Assembly: GCA_965223865.1 (NCBI GenBank)
Contig: OZ245020.1
Span: 864,001-928,000 of the forward strand
Direction of reading: 5' to 3'
From: Nitrosarchaeum sp.
GTDB taxonomy: Archaea; Thermoproteota; Nitrososphaeria; Nitrososphaerales; Nitrosopumilaceae
DNA length: 64,000 nt
Part shown: positions 31,985-40,726 of the stretch, piece by piece
Layout of the letters: each line of letters starts with the position of its first letter
Numbering within the stretch: the first letter of the stretch is position 1
Translations under genes and position numbers: made by a program
Notes under the pieces: generated by a model
The model's database searches: none
What the model was told of the DNA's origin: nothing
Seen by the model: only the letters and a program-made list of their open reading frames with translations

Positions 31985-33031
31985 CTATACTGGTGTAAGT
32001 GGTGTGTATCTTAGGCCATCCATTTCATTAAAACCGCACATTACATTCATGTTTTGAATGGCTGAACCTGCTGCGCCTTTCATGAGGTTATCTGAGGCAG
32101 ACAATGCAATCAATCTGTGATTGTCTTCATCAAGATCAAAACCAATATCACAAAAGTTTGAACCAACCAAAAATTTTGGATCTGGGAATTTGTACAAACC
32201 TTTTTTATCTCGAATTAACCTGACAAATTTCTCCTCGCCATAATTTTGACGATAAATTTTCCACAATTCCTTTTCCTCAACTTCTTTTTTCATAAATGTG
32301 TGATTCGTACACAATATTCCTCGAACTACGTCTACTGCATGAGGACTCATAGACACATGAATCTTCTTTCCTGCAATCTCGCTTAACTCTTGTTCTATCT
32401 CACCAGTATGTCTATGCTTTGCTGGTTTATATGGTCGAATAACTCCTGCTCTCATTGCATGTGCTGTTCCTGAACCGGAACCTGCACCTGATGAACCAAT
32501 CTTTGAATCAACTACAATGTGATCAGTATCAATAAGATCATTTTTGATTAATGGTGTAAGAGCAAGCATTGATGTTACTGCCATGCATCCTGGACAAGAA
32601 ACTAGTTGAGTTTTTTTGATTTCTTCTCTGTGCAGTTCTGGTACTCCAAATACTGACTTTGAAAGGTAATCAGGATGTGGATGCTCCCATCCATACCATT
32701 TTCCGTAATCCTCAGGATTGTGTAATCTGTAATCTGCGCTCAAATCAATAATTTTGATTCCTCTGTCATACAGGGCTTTTACAATCTCAGTTGCTGTTCC
32801 ATGTGGGACAGCAGTAAAGACAAGATCGCATTGGTCTGAAATTTTATCATAATCTAATTCAGAAAATGTCAAATCTGTAAACCCCTTCAAACTTGGCTGA
32901 ACTCTGTGAAGGTATTCTCCAACATGTTGCCTTGAGGTAACAGTTGTGATCTCAACATCGGGATGATTTACAAGTAAACGTAGTGTTTCTCCTCCTACAT
33001 ATCCTGATGCTCCAACAACACCTACTTTCAT
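31985..33031 (-). CDS. lysY: [LysW]-aminoadipyl/glutamyl-phosphate reductase (ArgC family)
   Basis: GASGYVGGE, DLSADYR, CPGC, HRHTGEI, DNLMKGAAG. Confidence 0.93.
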   Translation of the reverse strand: MKVGVVGASGYVGGETLRLLVNHPDVEITTVTSRQHVGEYLHRVQPSLKGFTDLTFSELDYDKISDQCDLVFTAVPHGTATEIVKALYDRGIKIIDLSADYRLHNPEDYGKWYGWEHPHPDYLSKSVFGVPELHREEIKKTQLVSCPGCMAVTSMLALTPLIKNDLIDTDHIVVDSKIGSSGAGSGSGTAHAMRAGVIRPYKPAKHRHTGEIEQELSEIAGKKIHVSMSPHAVDVVRGILCTNHTFMKKEVEEKELWKIYRQNYGEEKFVRLIRDKKGLYKFPDPKFLVGSNFCDIGFDLDEDNHRLIALSASDNLMKGAAGSAIQNMNVMCGFNEMDGLRYTPLTPV

Positions 33032-33059
33032 GATACACCTCCTCGTAAAGGAGTATAAT

Positions 33060-33917
33060 TTATTTCCTAACGTGGTTTAGTGCAAATTCTACCATTTCTT
33101 TTGGAATATTTCTTTGAGCAACTCTGGCCAATCCTTTGAATTCAACAGTGTTGTTGACTTCGTGAACAACAAGACCATTTTCTTCATCTTCCATCATATC
33201 AATTCCTAAAATGCCTCCACCCATTGCTTTTGATGCCTTTGAGGCCATGTCCTCCATCTCTTTTGAAATATCACATAATTCAGGATCGGCACCTAATGCA
33301 ATGTTTGTTTTAAATCCTCCTGAAGACTTTCTATACATTGCTGCAATTGGTTGATCGCCTATTGTAATCACTCTAATGTCTCTTGGTGGTCTTTTTACTA
33401 ATTCTTGAAGGTAGTAAATTCTATCATGTGGACTATCGGTAATGTCTCTGATTTCAGATACTGCATCCATTGCATCCTTGTCTTTTATTGGCATTACTCC
33501 ACGGCCCCAACTGCCAATGACTGGTTTTATTACCATTGGATATCCTACTTTTTCTATATTCTTAGCTGCACTTTGACTTGAAAATGAAAAATATGTTTTG
33601 GGAGTCGGAATGTTATGTTTTTTCAAAAGTAATGTCATAAACATCTTGTTTCCACAAAGATTTGCGACATCAAATTTGTTAAAGACTGGAACATCCATAA
33701 ATTCTAGACTGGCGGTAAAATGAAGTCCTCTAAAATAGCTAATACATCTTTCTAGTACCACATCTCCAAAGTCAAAATCATCCTTCTTACTATCTGTGTT
33801 AATCTGGGTAATTTTTGCATCAAGCATCATTGTATCATGTCCAAGGTTAGATGCCTCTTTTTGAAGCATTTTTTCTTCCGTTCTAAGACGGTCAAACACA
33901 ATACAAACTTTGGACAT
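33060..33917 (-). CDS. argX: Glutamate--LysW ligase (ATP-grasp)
   Basis: GSWGRG, FKTNIALG, EVNNTVEFKGL (Gly-type ArgX signature); downstream of argG. Confidence 0.82.
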   Translation of the reverse strand: MSKVCIVFDRLRTEEKMLQKEASNLGHDTMMLDAKITQINTDSKKDDFDFGDVVLERCISYFRGLHFTASLEFMDVPVFNKFDVANLCGNKMFMTLLLKKHNIPTPKTYFSFSSQSAAKNIEKVGYPMVIKPVIGSWGRGVMPIKDKDAMDAVSEIRDITDSPHDRIYYLQELVKRPPRDIRVITIGDQPIAAMYRKSSGGFKTNIALGADPELCDISKEMEDMASKASKAMGGGILGIDMMEDEENGLVVHEVNNTVEFKGLARVAQRNIPKEMVEFALNHVRK

Positions 33918-34084
33918 TACTCTCCCCAGTCTTCGCCTACGCTTTCTGCTTGTTTTAGCTCAACATTTGATCCGTCTTTTTTGGCGATTTCAAAGTCAGC
34001 ACCACAATCAGGACAGGAAATAATTTCTCCTACTGAGGCATCGTCTGGGATGTTTAGTTTTGCGTCACATTCTGGGCAGTTCAT
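33917..34084 (-). CDS. lysW: LysW/ArgW amino-group carrier, arginine-branch copy, C-terminus EDWGE
   Basis: Hand-translated MNCPECDAKLNIPDDASVGEIISCPDCGADFEIAKKDGSNVELKQAESVGEDWGE. Confidence 0.93.
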   Translation of the reverse strand: MNCPECDAKLNIPDDASVGEIISCPDCGADFEIAKKDGSNVELKQAESVGEDWGE

Positions 34085-35280
34085 GTTTTTGATGACCTCT
34101 TCTCTTGTAATTTATTAGCTTCTGTTGACTGCATTCCCCACAATTCAACAAATCCTTTGGCCAATCTTTGATCAAAAGTTGATTCTGTACCATAAGTTGC
34201 AATCTCATGGCTATACAATGAGTTCTTTGACTTTCTTCCAACCACTCGAATGCTTCCTTTGTATAGCTTGAGTTTTACTGTTCCTGAAACTGGTTTTTGG
34301 GATGTTTCAATGAATCCATCTAGATCTTTTCTTAATGGATCTTGCCATAATCCAGAATATACAAGATATGACCATTCATCGTCAATTATTGATTTAAACT
34401 TGTTTTGATGTTTTGTGTGGACCATCTTCTCCAAGTCAGTATGTGCCTCAATTAGGCATGTTGCTGCTGGAGTTTCGTAGACTTCACGTGATTTTATTCC
34501 TACTACTCTGTCTTCAATATGATCAACAATTCCTACTCCTGCATTTCCTGCCTTTTTGTTAAGGTATTCAATTAATTTTATGGATTCTAGTTTTTTATCA
34601 TCAACTTCTACTGGAACTCCTTTTTCAAATTTTATCTCCAGATATGTAGGTTTGTCAGGAAGATTTTTTGTTTTGACCCAAATGAATGCATCATCTGGAG
34701 GTTCATTGTAAGGATCTTCTAGTACTCCTCCTTCAATTGCTCGTCCCCATAGATTTTGATCAATGCTAAATTTTTTTGCAACAGTGTCAATTTGAATTCC
34801 ATGTTTTTCGGCAAACTTTAATTCAATAACTCTATCCAAATTTTTATCACGAATTGGTGCAATGATTGGGAGATTAGATCCTGAACGCAACGTGATGTCA
34901 AATCTTACTTGATCATTTCCTTTGCCAGAACATCCATGTGCAAGTGATGTTACTTTTTCTTTTCTTGCAATTTCTAATACTTTTTCAGCAATTAATGGTC
35001 TTGCAAGTGCGGTTGCAAGACAATATTTTTTCTGATAGAGTGCGTTTGCCTTTATTGATGGAAAAATGTAATCTCTTACAAACTCTTTTCTTGCATCAAT
35101 GTTGTAGTGTTTTTTTACTCCCAGTTTTTTTGCTTTCGCTGCAATCTTTTTATGATTATCTCCTTGTCCGACATCAACTGTAACTGTAATAACATCCATG
35201 TCATGCTCTTCTTGAAGATACTTTACAACGACTGATGTGTCTAATCCACCAGAAAATGCAAGAATTCCTTTTTGAGTCAT
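34081..35280 (-). CDS. argG: Argininosuccinate synthase
   Basis: LAFSGGLDTS, AHGCSGKGNDQVRF, SIDQNLWGR, KSREVYE. Confidence 0.96.
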   Translation of the reverse strand: MTQKGILAFSGGLDTSVVVKYLQEEHDMDVITVTVDVGQGDNHKKIAAKAKKLGVKKHYNIDARKEFVRDYIFPSIKANALYQKKYCLATALARPLIAEKVLEIARKEKVTSLAHGCSGKGNDQVRFDITLRSGSNLPIIAPIRDKNLDRVIELKFAEKHGIQIDTVAKKFSIDQNLWGRAIEGGVLEDPYNEPPDDAFIWVKTKNLPDKPTYLEIKFEKGVPVEVDDKKLESIKLIEYLNKKAGNAGVGIVDHIEDRVVGIKSREVYETPAATCLIEAHTDLEKMVHTKHQNKFKSIIDDEWSYLVYSGLWQDPLRKDLDGFIETSQKPVSGTVKLKLYKGSIRVVGRKSKNSLYSHEIATYGTESTFDQRLAKGFVELWGMQSTEANKLQEKRSSKT

Positions 35281-35352
35281 AAAACATATTTTCGGCTGTA
35301 TTTTGGAATTTATCTTTTGTGATAATACAAAAACAAACTATGATTTTTTGAC

Positions 35353-35364
35353 TAGCTTAAGCTA
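35353..35364. promoter_or_regulatory. Perfect palindrome TAGCTTAAGCTA (copy 2)
   Basis: In the argG / ABC-transporter divergent promoter, just upstream of TATA-like TTATTTAA. Confidence 0.35.
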
Positions 35365-35405
35365 AAATTCGGTGATTATTTAACCTCCTAATATAACGGT
35401 GTTTT

Positions 35406-36428
35406 ATGAAAATTAGATCAGCAATTTTTGGTGGAATTGCAGTAATAGTTGTTATTTCAATTGTCGGATTTGCTACTAGTTTTGATGAAAATAGGCATGA
35501 AAACAAGCTGCGAGTAGCGTATTTTCCAAACATAGGTCATGCTATTCCAATTGTTGGAATGGAAAAAGGGATCTTTAAAAACCAAATAGGGCCAGATACC
35601 CACATTGAACCAAGGCTATTTGATAGTGGCCCCCAAGTAATAGAATCTCTCTTTGCAGGTTCTGTTGATATTGCCTATGTTGGACCAGGTCCTGCAATCA
35701 ACGGATTTTTAAAATCTGAAAACAAAAATGTGAAAATTTTATCAGGTGCTGCAAGCGGTGGTGCAAGCTTTATTGTTCACCCGAATTCAAAAATTAATTC
35801 TGTTGCTGACTTTGTAGGAAAGCGAATTGCATCTCCGCAAATTGGAAATACACAGGATGTATCATTGCGAAACTATCTTAATGAAAATGGATTAAAGCCA
35901 GCAGAGAGAGGCGGCTCTGTTGTTGTACTAAATATCCCAAACCCAGACATTTACACTTTGTTTACAAAAGATGAGATTGATGCTGCATGGGTTCCTGAAC
36001 CTTGGGCATCACTTCTTGTGCAAGAACTAAATGGCAAAAGGTTGTTCTTTGAGGAAGATCTTTGGCCTGAAAAAAAATTTGCATCAGTTGTTTTGATCGG
36101 GAGAGATGAGTACGTCAAAGAAAATCCTTTGGTAATTCAAAACTGGCTAGAATCTCACACAAAAACAATCAACTGGATAAATGAAAATCCTGAAGATACT
36201 AGAATTATCTTTAATCAATTTATGAAAAACACGATGGGCCAGTCATTGTCTGATTCAGTTATTGATGAGTCCTTATCTAATTTAGAAATTACATCTGATC
36301 CTCTAAAAGAATCCATTTCTACAATTGCACAAAGAGCAGACTCTTTGGGTTACCTTGGACGAGATGGATATGACTTGGAGGGAATTTACTTTGAAATAAA
36401 TTCAAATGACCAACCAGGAGAGTTTTGA
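35406..36428 (+). CDS. ABC transporter substrate-binding protein (SsuA/NitT/TauT family)
   Basis: Signal anchor; YFPNIGHA, SGP, YVGPGP, GNTQD, VPEPW. Confidence 0.88.
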   Translation: MKIRSAIFGGIAVIVVISIVGFATSFDENRHENKLRVAYFPNIGHAIPIVGMEKGIFKNQIGPDTHIEPRLFDSGPQVIESLFAGSVDIAYVGPGPAINGFLKSENKNVKILSGAASGGASFIVHPNSKINSVADFVGKRIASPQIGNTQDVSLRNYLNENGLKPAERGGSVVVLNIPNPDIYTLFTKDEIDAAWVPEPWASLLVQELNGKRLFFEEDLWPEKKFASVVLIGRDEYVKENPLVIQNWLESHTKTINWINENPEDTRIIFNQFMKNTMGQSLSDSVIDESLSNLEITSDPLKESISTIAQRADSLGYLGRDGYDLEGIYFEINSNDQPGEF

Positions 36429-36434
36429 TAATTT

Positions 36435-37193
36435 ATGGCAACACTTGAAGCTAAAGACATTGTGAAATATTTCAAACATGACAGCCACAAGCTAAAGGCA
36501 CTTGGGGGCGTAAACCTCAAAGTCGAAGACGGTGAGTTTGTCTGTCTCGTGGGCCCATCTGGATGTGGAAAATCTACCTTTCTGAGAATTGTTGCAGGGC
36601 TTGAAAGCCCTGATGAGGGCCAAGTTCTATTTGATGGCAAGCCTGTAACGACTACTGGGCCTGAAAGAATAATGGTATTTCAGGAAGGAGCGTTGTTTCC
36701 ATGGCTCAAAGTGCAAGATAATGTAGAATTCGGCCTAAAGATGACAGGAATCCCACCTGAGGAGAGGACCCAAATTTCAAAAAGATACCTTGACATGATG
36801 CAGCTGACAAAATTTGCAGACTCTTACACATACCAACTCTCCACTGGAATGAAGCAGAGAGTGGCTATAGCTCGAGCGCTAGTGATGGATCCTGATGTGT
36901 TACTAATGGATGAACCATTTGCAGCACTTGATGCGCAGACACGAGACTTGCTCTTAGTTGAGATGCAGCTAATCTGGGAGAAAACAAAAAAGACAATATT
37001 GTTTGTAACACATAATGTTGCAGAAGCTGCAGTACTTGGAACCAAAGTTGCGGTGTTTAGTAACAGGCCATCTAAAATTAAAAAACTGATGCCAGTTGAC
37101 TATAAAAGACCAAGACTTGCAGAAGATGAAAATCTCTTACCATTACAGCAAGAAATCCTATCAGAACTACGACCTGAGGTAAAAAGGAGTTAA
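36435..37193 (+). CDS. ABC transporter ATP-binding protein (SsuB/TauB family)
   Basis: GPSGCGKST, LSTGMKQR, LMDEPF. Confidence 0.92.
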   Translation: MATLEAKDIVKYFKHDSHKLKALGGVNLKVEDGEFVCLVGPSGCGKSTFLRIVAGLESPDEGQVLFDGKPVTTTGPERIMVFQEGALFPWLKVQDNVEFGLKMTGIPPEERTQISKRYLDMMQLTKFADSYTYQLSTGMKQRVAIARALVMDPDVLLMDEPFAALDAQTRDLLLVEMQLIWEKTKKTILFVTHNVAEAAVLGTKVAVFSNRPSKIKKLMPVDYKRPRLAEDENLLPLQQEILSELRPEVKRS

Positions 37194-37197
37194 TGTT

Positions 37198-37956
37198 TTG
37201 AAGAAAAATATTTTGTTAAAGAAAATATTGTTTTACATTGTAATTGTTGCAGTATGGCAACTAGTTTCAATGTCGAACATTTGGCCCAACAATATATTTC
37301 CGTCCCCCTATGAGGTCGGCGAGGACTTAGTTTACACTGCAGCTGATGGAAGCTTGTTTTTTGGAATAGGGACTAGCATACTGAGACTTTTGGTTGGTCT
37401 TGCAATTGCAATTGGCGGAGGAATAGTTCTTGGAATCTTTATGGCAAGAGTTGAAGTTGTAAACCAAACTATAGGTTCTTTGGTTTTGGGGTTGCAATCA
37501 ATTCCCTCTGTTGCTTGGGTGCCGCTTGGAATACTTTGGTTTGGATTGACTGATGCTGGAATTATCTTTGTTACTGCAATTGGTGCAATCTTTGCAGTAA
37601 CTATCAATACGTATACTGGTGTCAAAAACATCAATCCTCACTTTATAGAGGCAGCAAGAAACATGGGTGCAAAGGGAACTCAGCTTATAACTAGTGTGTT
37701 GATTCCAGCTGCATTTCCATACATGATTTCAGGATTTAAGCAAGGTTGGGCATTTGCTTGGAGAGGGGTAATTGGAGCTGAACTCTTGTTTTCTTTCTTG
37801 GGATTGGGATTTTTGTTAAATGTTGGACGTCAGCTAAATGATGTTTCCCAGGTTATTGCGATAATGCTTGTAATCATGATAATTGGAGTTGTCGTTGATG
37901 GCGTAATATTTAAGAGACTAGAGGACAAGGTAATGTCTCGTTGGGGTTTGAGATAA
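37198..37956 (+). CDS. ABC transporter permease (SsuC/TauC family)
   Basis: QSIPSVAWVP, EAARNMGA, AELL. Confidence 0.9.
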   Translation: MKKNILLKKILFYIVIVAVWQLVSMSNIWPNNIFPSPYEVGEDLVYTAADGSLFFGIGTSILRLLVGLAIAIGGGIVLGIFMARVEVVNQTIGSLVLGLQSIPSVAWVPLGILWFGLTDAGIIFVTAIGAIFAVTINTYTGVKNINPHFIEAARNMGAKGTQLITSVLIPAAFPYMISGFKQGWAFAWRGVIGAELLFSFLGLGFLLNVGRQLNDVSQVIAIMLVIMIIGVVVDGVIFKRLEDKVMSRWGLR

Positions 37957-38254
37957 CTCGTTTTTTTTGGTTCAAATTTTAATAGGAGCATGGAGTTTGC
38001 AAGGGTTTTGGCACCATACCTTCCAAGCAAGAAGCACTGAAAATAATCATCTAGCGATTTATCCTCTCAAAATTAGTGCAAATCGCCAACTGCTCTTATT
38101 TTCTATTTTTCCAGAAAAGTAACGATGAATATTCCTATTGCCGTAAGAATTCAAAGAATTATGGATCCATATTACTAGATAAGGAATTTGAGAACTAGTG
38201 AATTTTTGAATAAACAAAATAAGTTTTTTAATCTGATAAAAATTCAAAAACATA

Positions 38255-38440
38255 ATGGAAGAAGAATCAGCAATAAAGATCCTCTACGAAAATAAAGACG
38301 CCAAATGCAAAAATCCAAATTGCAGACATGTGATGGAATCGCATTTACATTTCAAAAAAATCAAAGATGACAGAGTCCCTCTGATATATTGTTCTGAATG
38401 CAGAGCACAAGGCACTGAATGCAACCTAACAAAATTTTGA
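38255..38440 (+). CDS. 61-aa Cys/His Zn-binding hypothetical protein
   Basis: CKNPNCRHVMESH...CSEC...C. Confidence 0.6.
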   Translation: MEEESAIKILYENKDAKCKNPNCRHVMESHLHFKKIKDDRVPLIYCSECRAQGTECNLTKF

Positions 38441-38528
38441 CTAGATGATTCAAGCAATATCTGCAAATATGTTTCTTAGCGCATTCATGATGTCTCTAAA
38501 TTAATAGATGAATGCTCGTTTGTCTGAA

Positions 38529-39635
38529 CTATTTGCCTTTGCTTATCTTTAATGAAACTGCAAAAGCACAGATAATAATTGCAATTGCAAAGTACATCAC
38601 AGAAACATAGTCAAATGCAAATGCAATACTTCCTGCAATCACTGGGCCAATAACTGTTGCAATTGATAATGTCGAGCTAAAAATCCCTGTTGATGTTGAA
38701 CGTGGATTGTTCTCCATTAAATGGAAATTTCCACCAATAAACAAAAATGCCCAAGTAGCACCAACTAATGCCATAAAGGGCATTGCCATCCACCACTCAG
38801 TAACTACTGACAAACCCACAAAAACAAATGTTGTACTTCCAATTCCGATTTTGAATTTTGTAACATTTGATAAATTGATTCTAGTTGCCATCACATTCAT
38901 CAAAATAAATGCAGTTAGCGTGTTTGCAACATATACAATTGAAATGTGGTACAATTCTCCTCCCAACCTCTCCACTATCATTATTGGAAGAATGACCCAT
39001 ACTGCTGATGCTCCGATATGCCTGAGTAATAATGATAAGAAGAGAAACTTGTTTTTTGAAATTACCTTTTTTGTGGTACCTGGCTCTAGCTCTTTTTCTT
39101 GTTCTGGATTTGGCAATCTCATTGTAAAAATTAATCCAATGATAAATGATGCCGCACTGATTAGAAAAATGAGTTTAAGATCATTTGCAATTCCTGCAGC
39201 TGCAATTCCTGCAAGCCATCCTAATGCATGAAATGAAATTACAGTTGCTGCCCTTTTTTTCTCATGGTTTGCCTCATATGCATAAGCTATCATTGCAGGA
39301 ATCATTATGCCACTTGCAATTCCAGCTGCAATTCTAACCAGAAACAACAATCCAATATCATCTGCAAAATAATGCAAGCCAAATGCTGCAGCACATCCAA
39401 TGAAGCCTAACCTGATGAATTTGAGTCTGGTCCCTTTCTTGTCTGAATGTCTTCCAAAGTAGATTTCAGATAAAATCTGGGCAAAACTAAATGAGGCTAC
39501 AATTAACCCAATCTCAAAAACAGAATCTGTAACCCCTTTTGCAATGATGGGCATGAACACAAATACGATTGATATGCCAGCGTGTTGAAAAAAAGTAGCA
39601 CTACGAACTAAATTGTTTACTTGTAATTTTTGCAT
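38529..39635 (-). CDS. MFS transporter
   Basis: Multiple TM helices; GRHSDKKGTR motif A. Confidence 0.88.
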   Translation of the reverse strand: MQKLQVNNLVRSATFFQHAGISIVFVFMPIIAKGVTDSVFEIGLIVASFSFAQILSEIYFGRHSDKKGTRLKFIRLGFIGCAAAFGLHYFADDIGLLFLVRIAAGIASGIMIPAMIAYAYEANHEKKRAATVISFHALGWLAGIAAAGIANDLKLIFLISAASFIIGLIFTMRLPNPEQEKELEPGTTKKVISKNKFLFLSLLLRHIGASAVWVILPIMIVERLGGELYHISIVYVANTLTAFILMNVMATRINLSNVTKFKIGIGSTTFVFVGLSVVTEWWMAMPFMALVGATWAFLFIGGNFHLMENNPRSTSTGIFSSTLSIATVIGPVIAGSIAFAFDYVSVMYFAIAIIICAFAVSLKISKGK

Positions 39636-39732
39636 AAAGGTACAATCAAATCATCTTCTGCCTAATTTGAACATACGTATCAGTGCAAGTCTTCTCAAAA
39701 GAGTTAAACTCCCCTGAGATGTCTCAAAATAA

Positions 39733-40695
39733 TTGATAAAAAAAGAACCTTTCCTCGAAGCTCTCAAAAACAAAGTTCTACTTTTTGATGGTGCAATGGG
39801 TACTGAAATTCAAAAGTATAATCCAAAAACTGAAGACTTTCCAGACAACCAAGACGGATTTAATGATGGTCTGGTGTTGACACATCCTGAATGGATAAAA
39901 CAAATCCATAAAAATTATTTGGATGCAGGTTCGGACTGCATTGAGACAAACTCATTTGGTTCAAACAAAATCAAACTTGATGAGTATGGATTTGGCCGAC
40001 AGACAGTAGATTTTAACAAAAAAATTGCAGAGATAGCAGTTGAGGTTTGCTCAGAATATGAGGACAAACCAAGATATGTGATTGGCTCAATGGGACCTTC
40101 TGGATACCTTCCAAGCTCAAATGATCCAGATCTGGGACAAAAACCACTTGATGAAATCCAAGAAGCATTTGAGCTGCAGGCAGAAGGGCTTATTCTTGGC
40201 GGAGTAGACGCATTGCTAATTGAGACAAGCCAAGATATCTTAGAGGTAAAACTAGCCATTGAGGCATGTCACAATGCAATGAAGAAAGCTGGAAGAAAGG
40301 TTCCAGTCATTGCAAACACCACACTTGACCAATATGGGAAAATGCTTCTTGGAACAAACATTCAGGCTGCATACACAACTGTCTCAGATATGAGCATTGA
40401 TATCTTTGGTCTTAACTGCTCCACTGGCCCTGTTGAAATGACTCCAAGTGTAAGATGGCTTGATGAGCAGGATGATCACGACTTGTTGGTTGTACCAAAT
40501 GCTGGAATGCCAGAAAATGAAGGAGGACAAGCAGTCTATAATATGACTCCTGAGAAGATGGGTTCTGCACTTGGTGACTTTCTAAAACAATACAAAAAGA
40601 TCCGAATAATTGGCGGTTGCTGTGGAACAAACCCTCAGCACATAGCTGTCCTACGTAAAGTAATTGACGAAAAAACAAAATCTGTTGAGGGTTAA
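39733..40695 (+). CDS. metH: Methionine synthase, homocysteine-binding module (split MetH, N-part)
   Basis: FDGAMGT, ETNSF, GLNCSTGP, PNAG, GGCCGT. Confidence 0.92.
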   Translation: MIKKEPFLEALKNKVLLFDGAMGTEIQKYNPKTEDFPDNQDGFNDGLVLTHPEWIKQIHKNYLDAGSDCIETNSFGSNKIKLDEYGFGRQTVDFNKKIAEIAVEVCSEYEDKPRYVIGSMGPSGYLPSSNDPDLGQKPLDEIQEAFELQAEGLILGGVDALLIETSQDILEVKLAIEACHNAMKKAGRKVPVIANTTLDQYGKMLLGTNIQAAYTTVSDMSIDIFGLNCSTGPVEMTPSVRWLDEQDDHDLLVVPNAGMPENEGGQAVYNMTPEKMGSALGDFLKQYKKIRIIGGCCGTNPQHIAVLRKVIDEKTKSVEG

Positions 40696-40726
40696 GTATT
40701 TACAAAAACTCTGATATTTTACCACA

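Noticed and set aside
38059-38253. 64-aa minus-strand ORF
   Set aside because: Low-complexity AT-rich translation with no motif, starting 1 nt from the divergent ORF and leaving no promoter space
39690-39732. Short palindromes GAGTTAAACTC and TGAGATGTCTCA before metH as a riboswitch
   Set aside because: They overlap the TATA/start region of an apparently leaderless gene; there is no room for an aptamer
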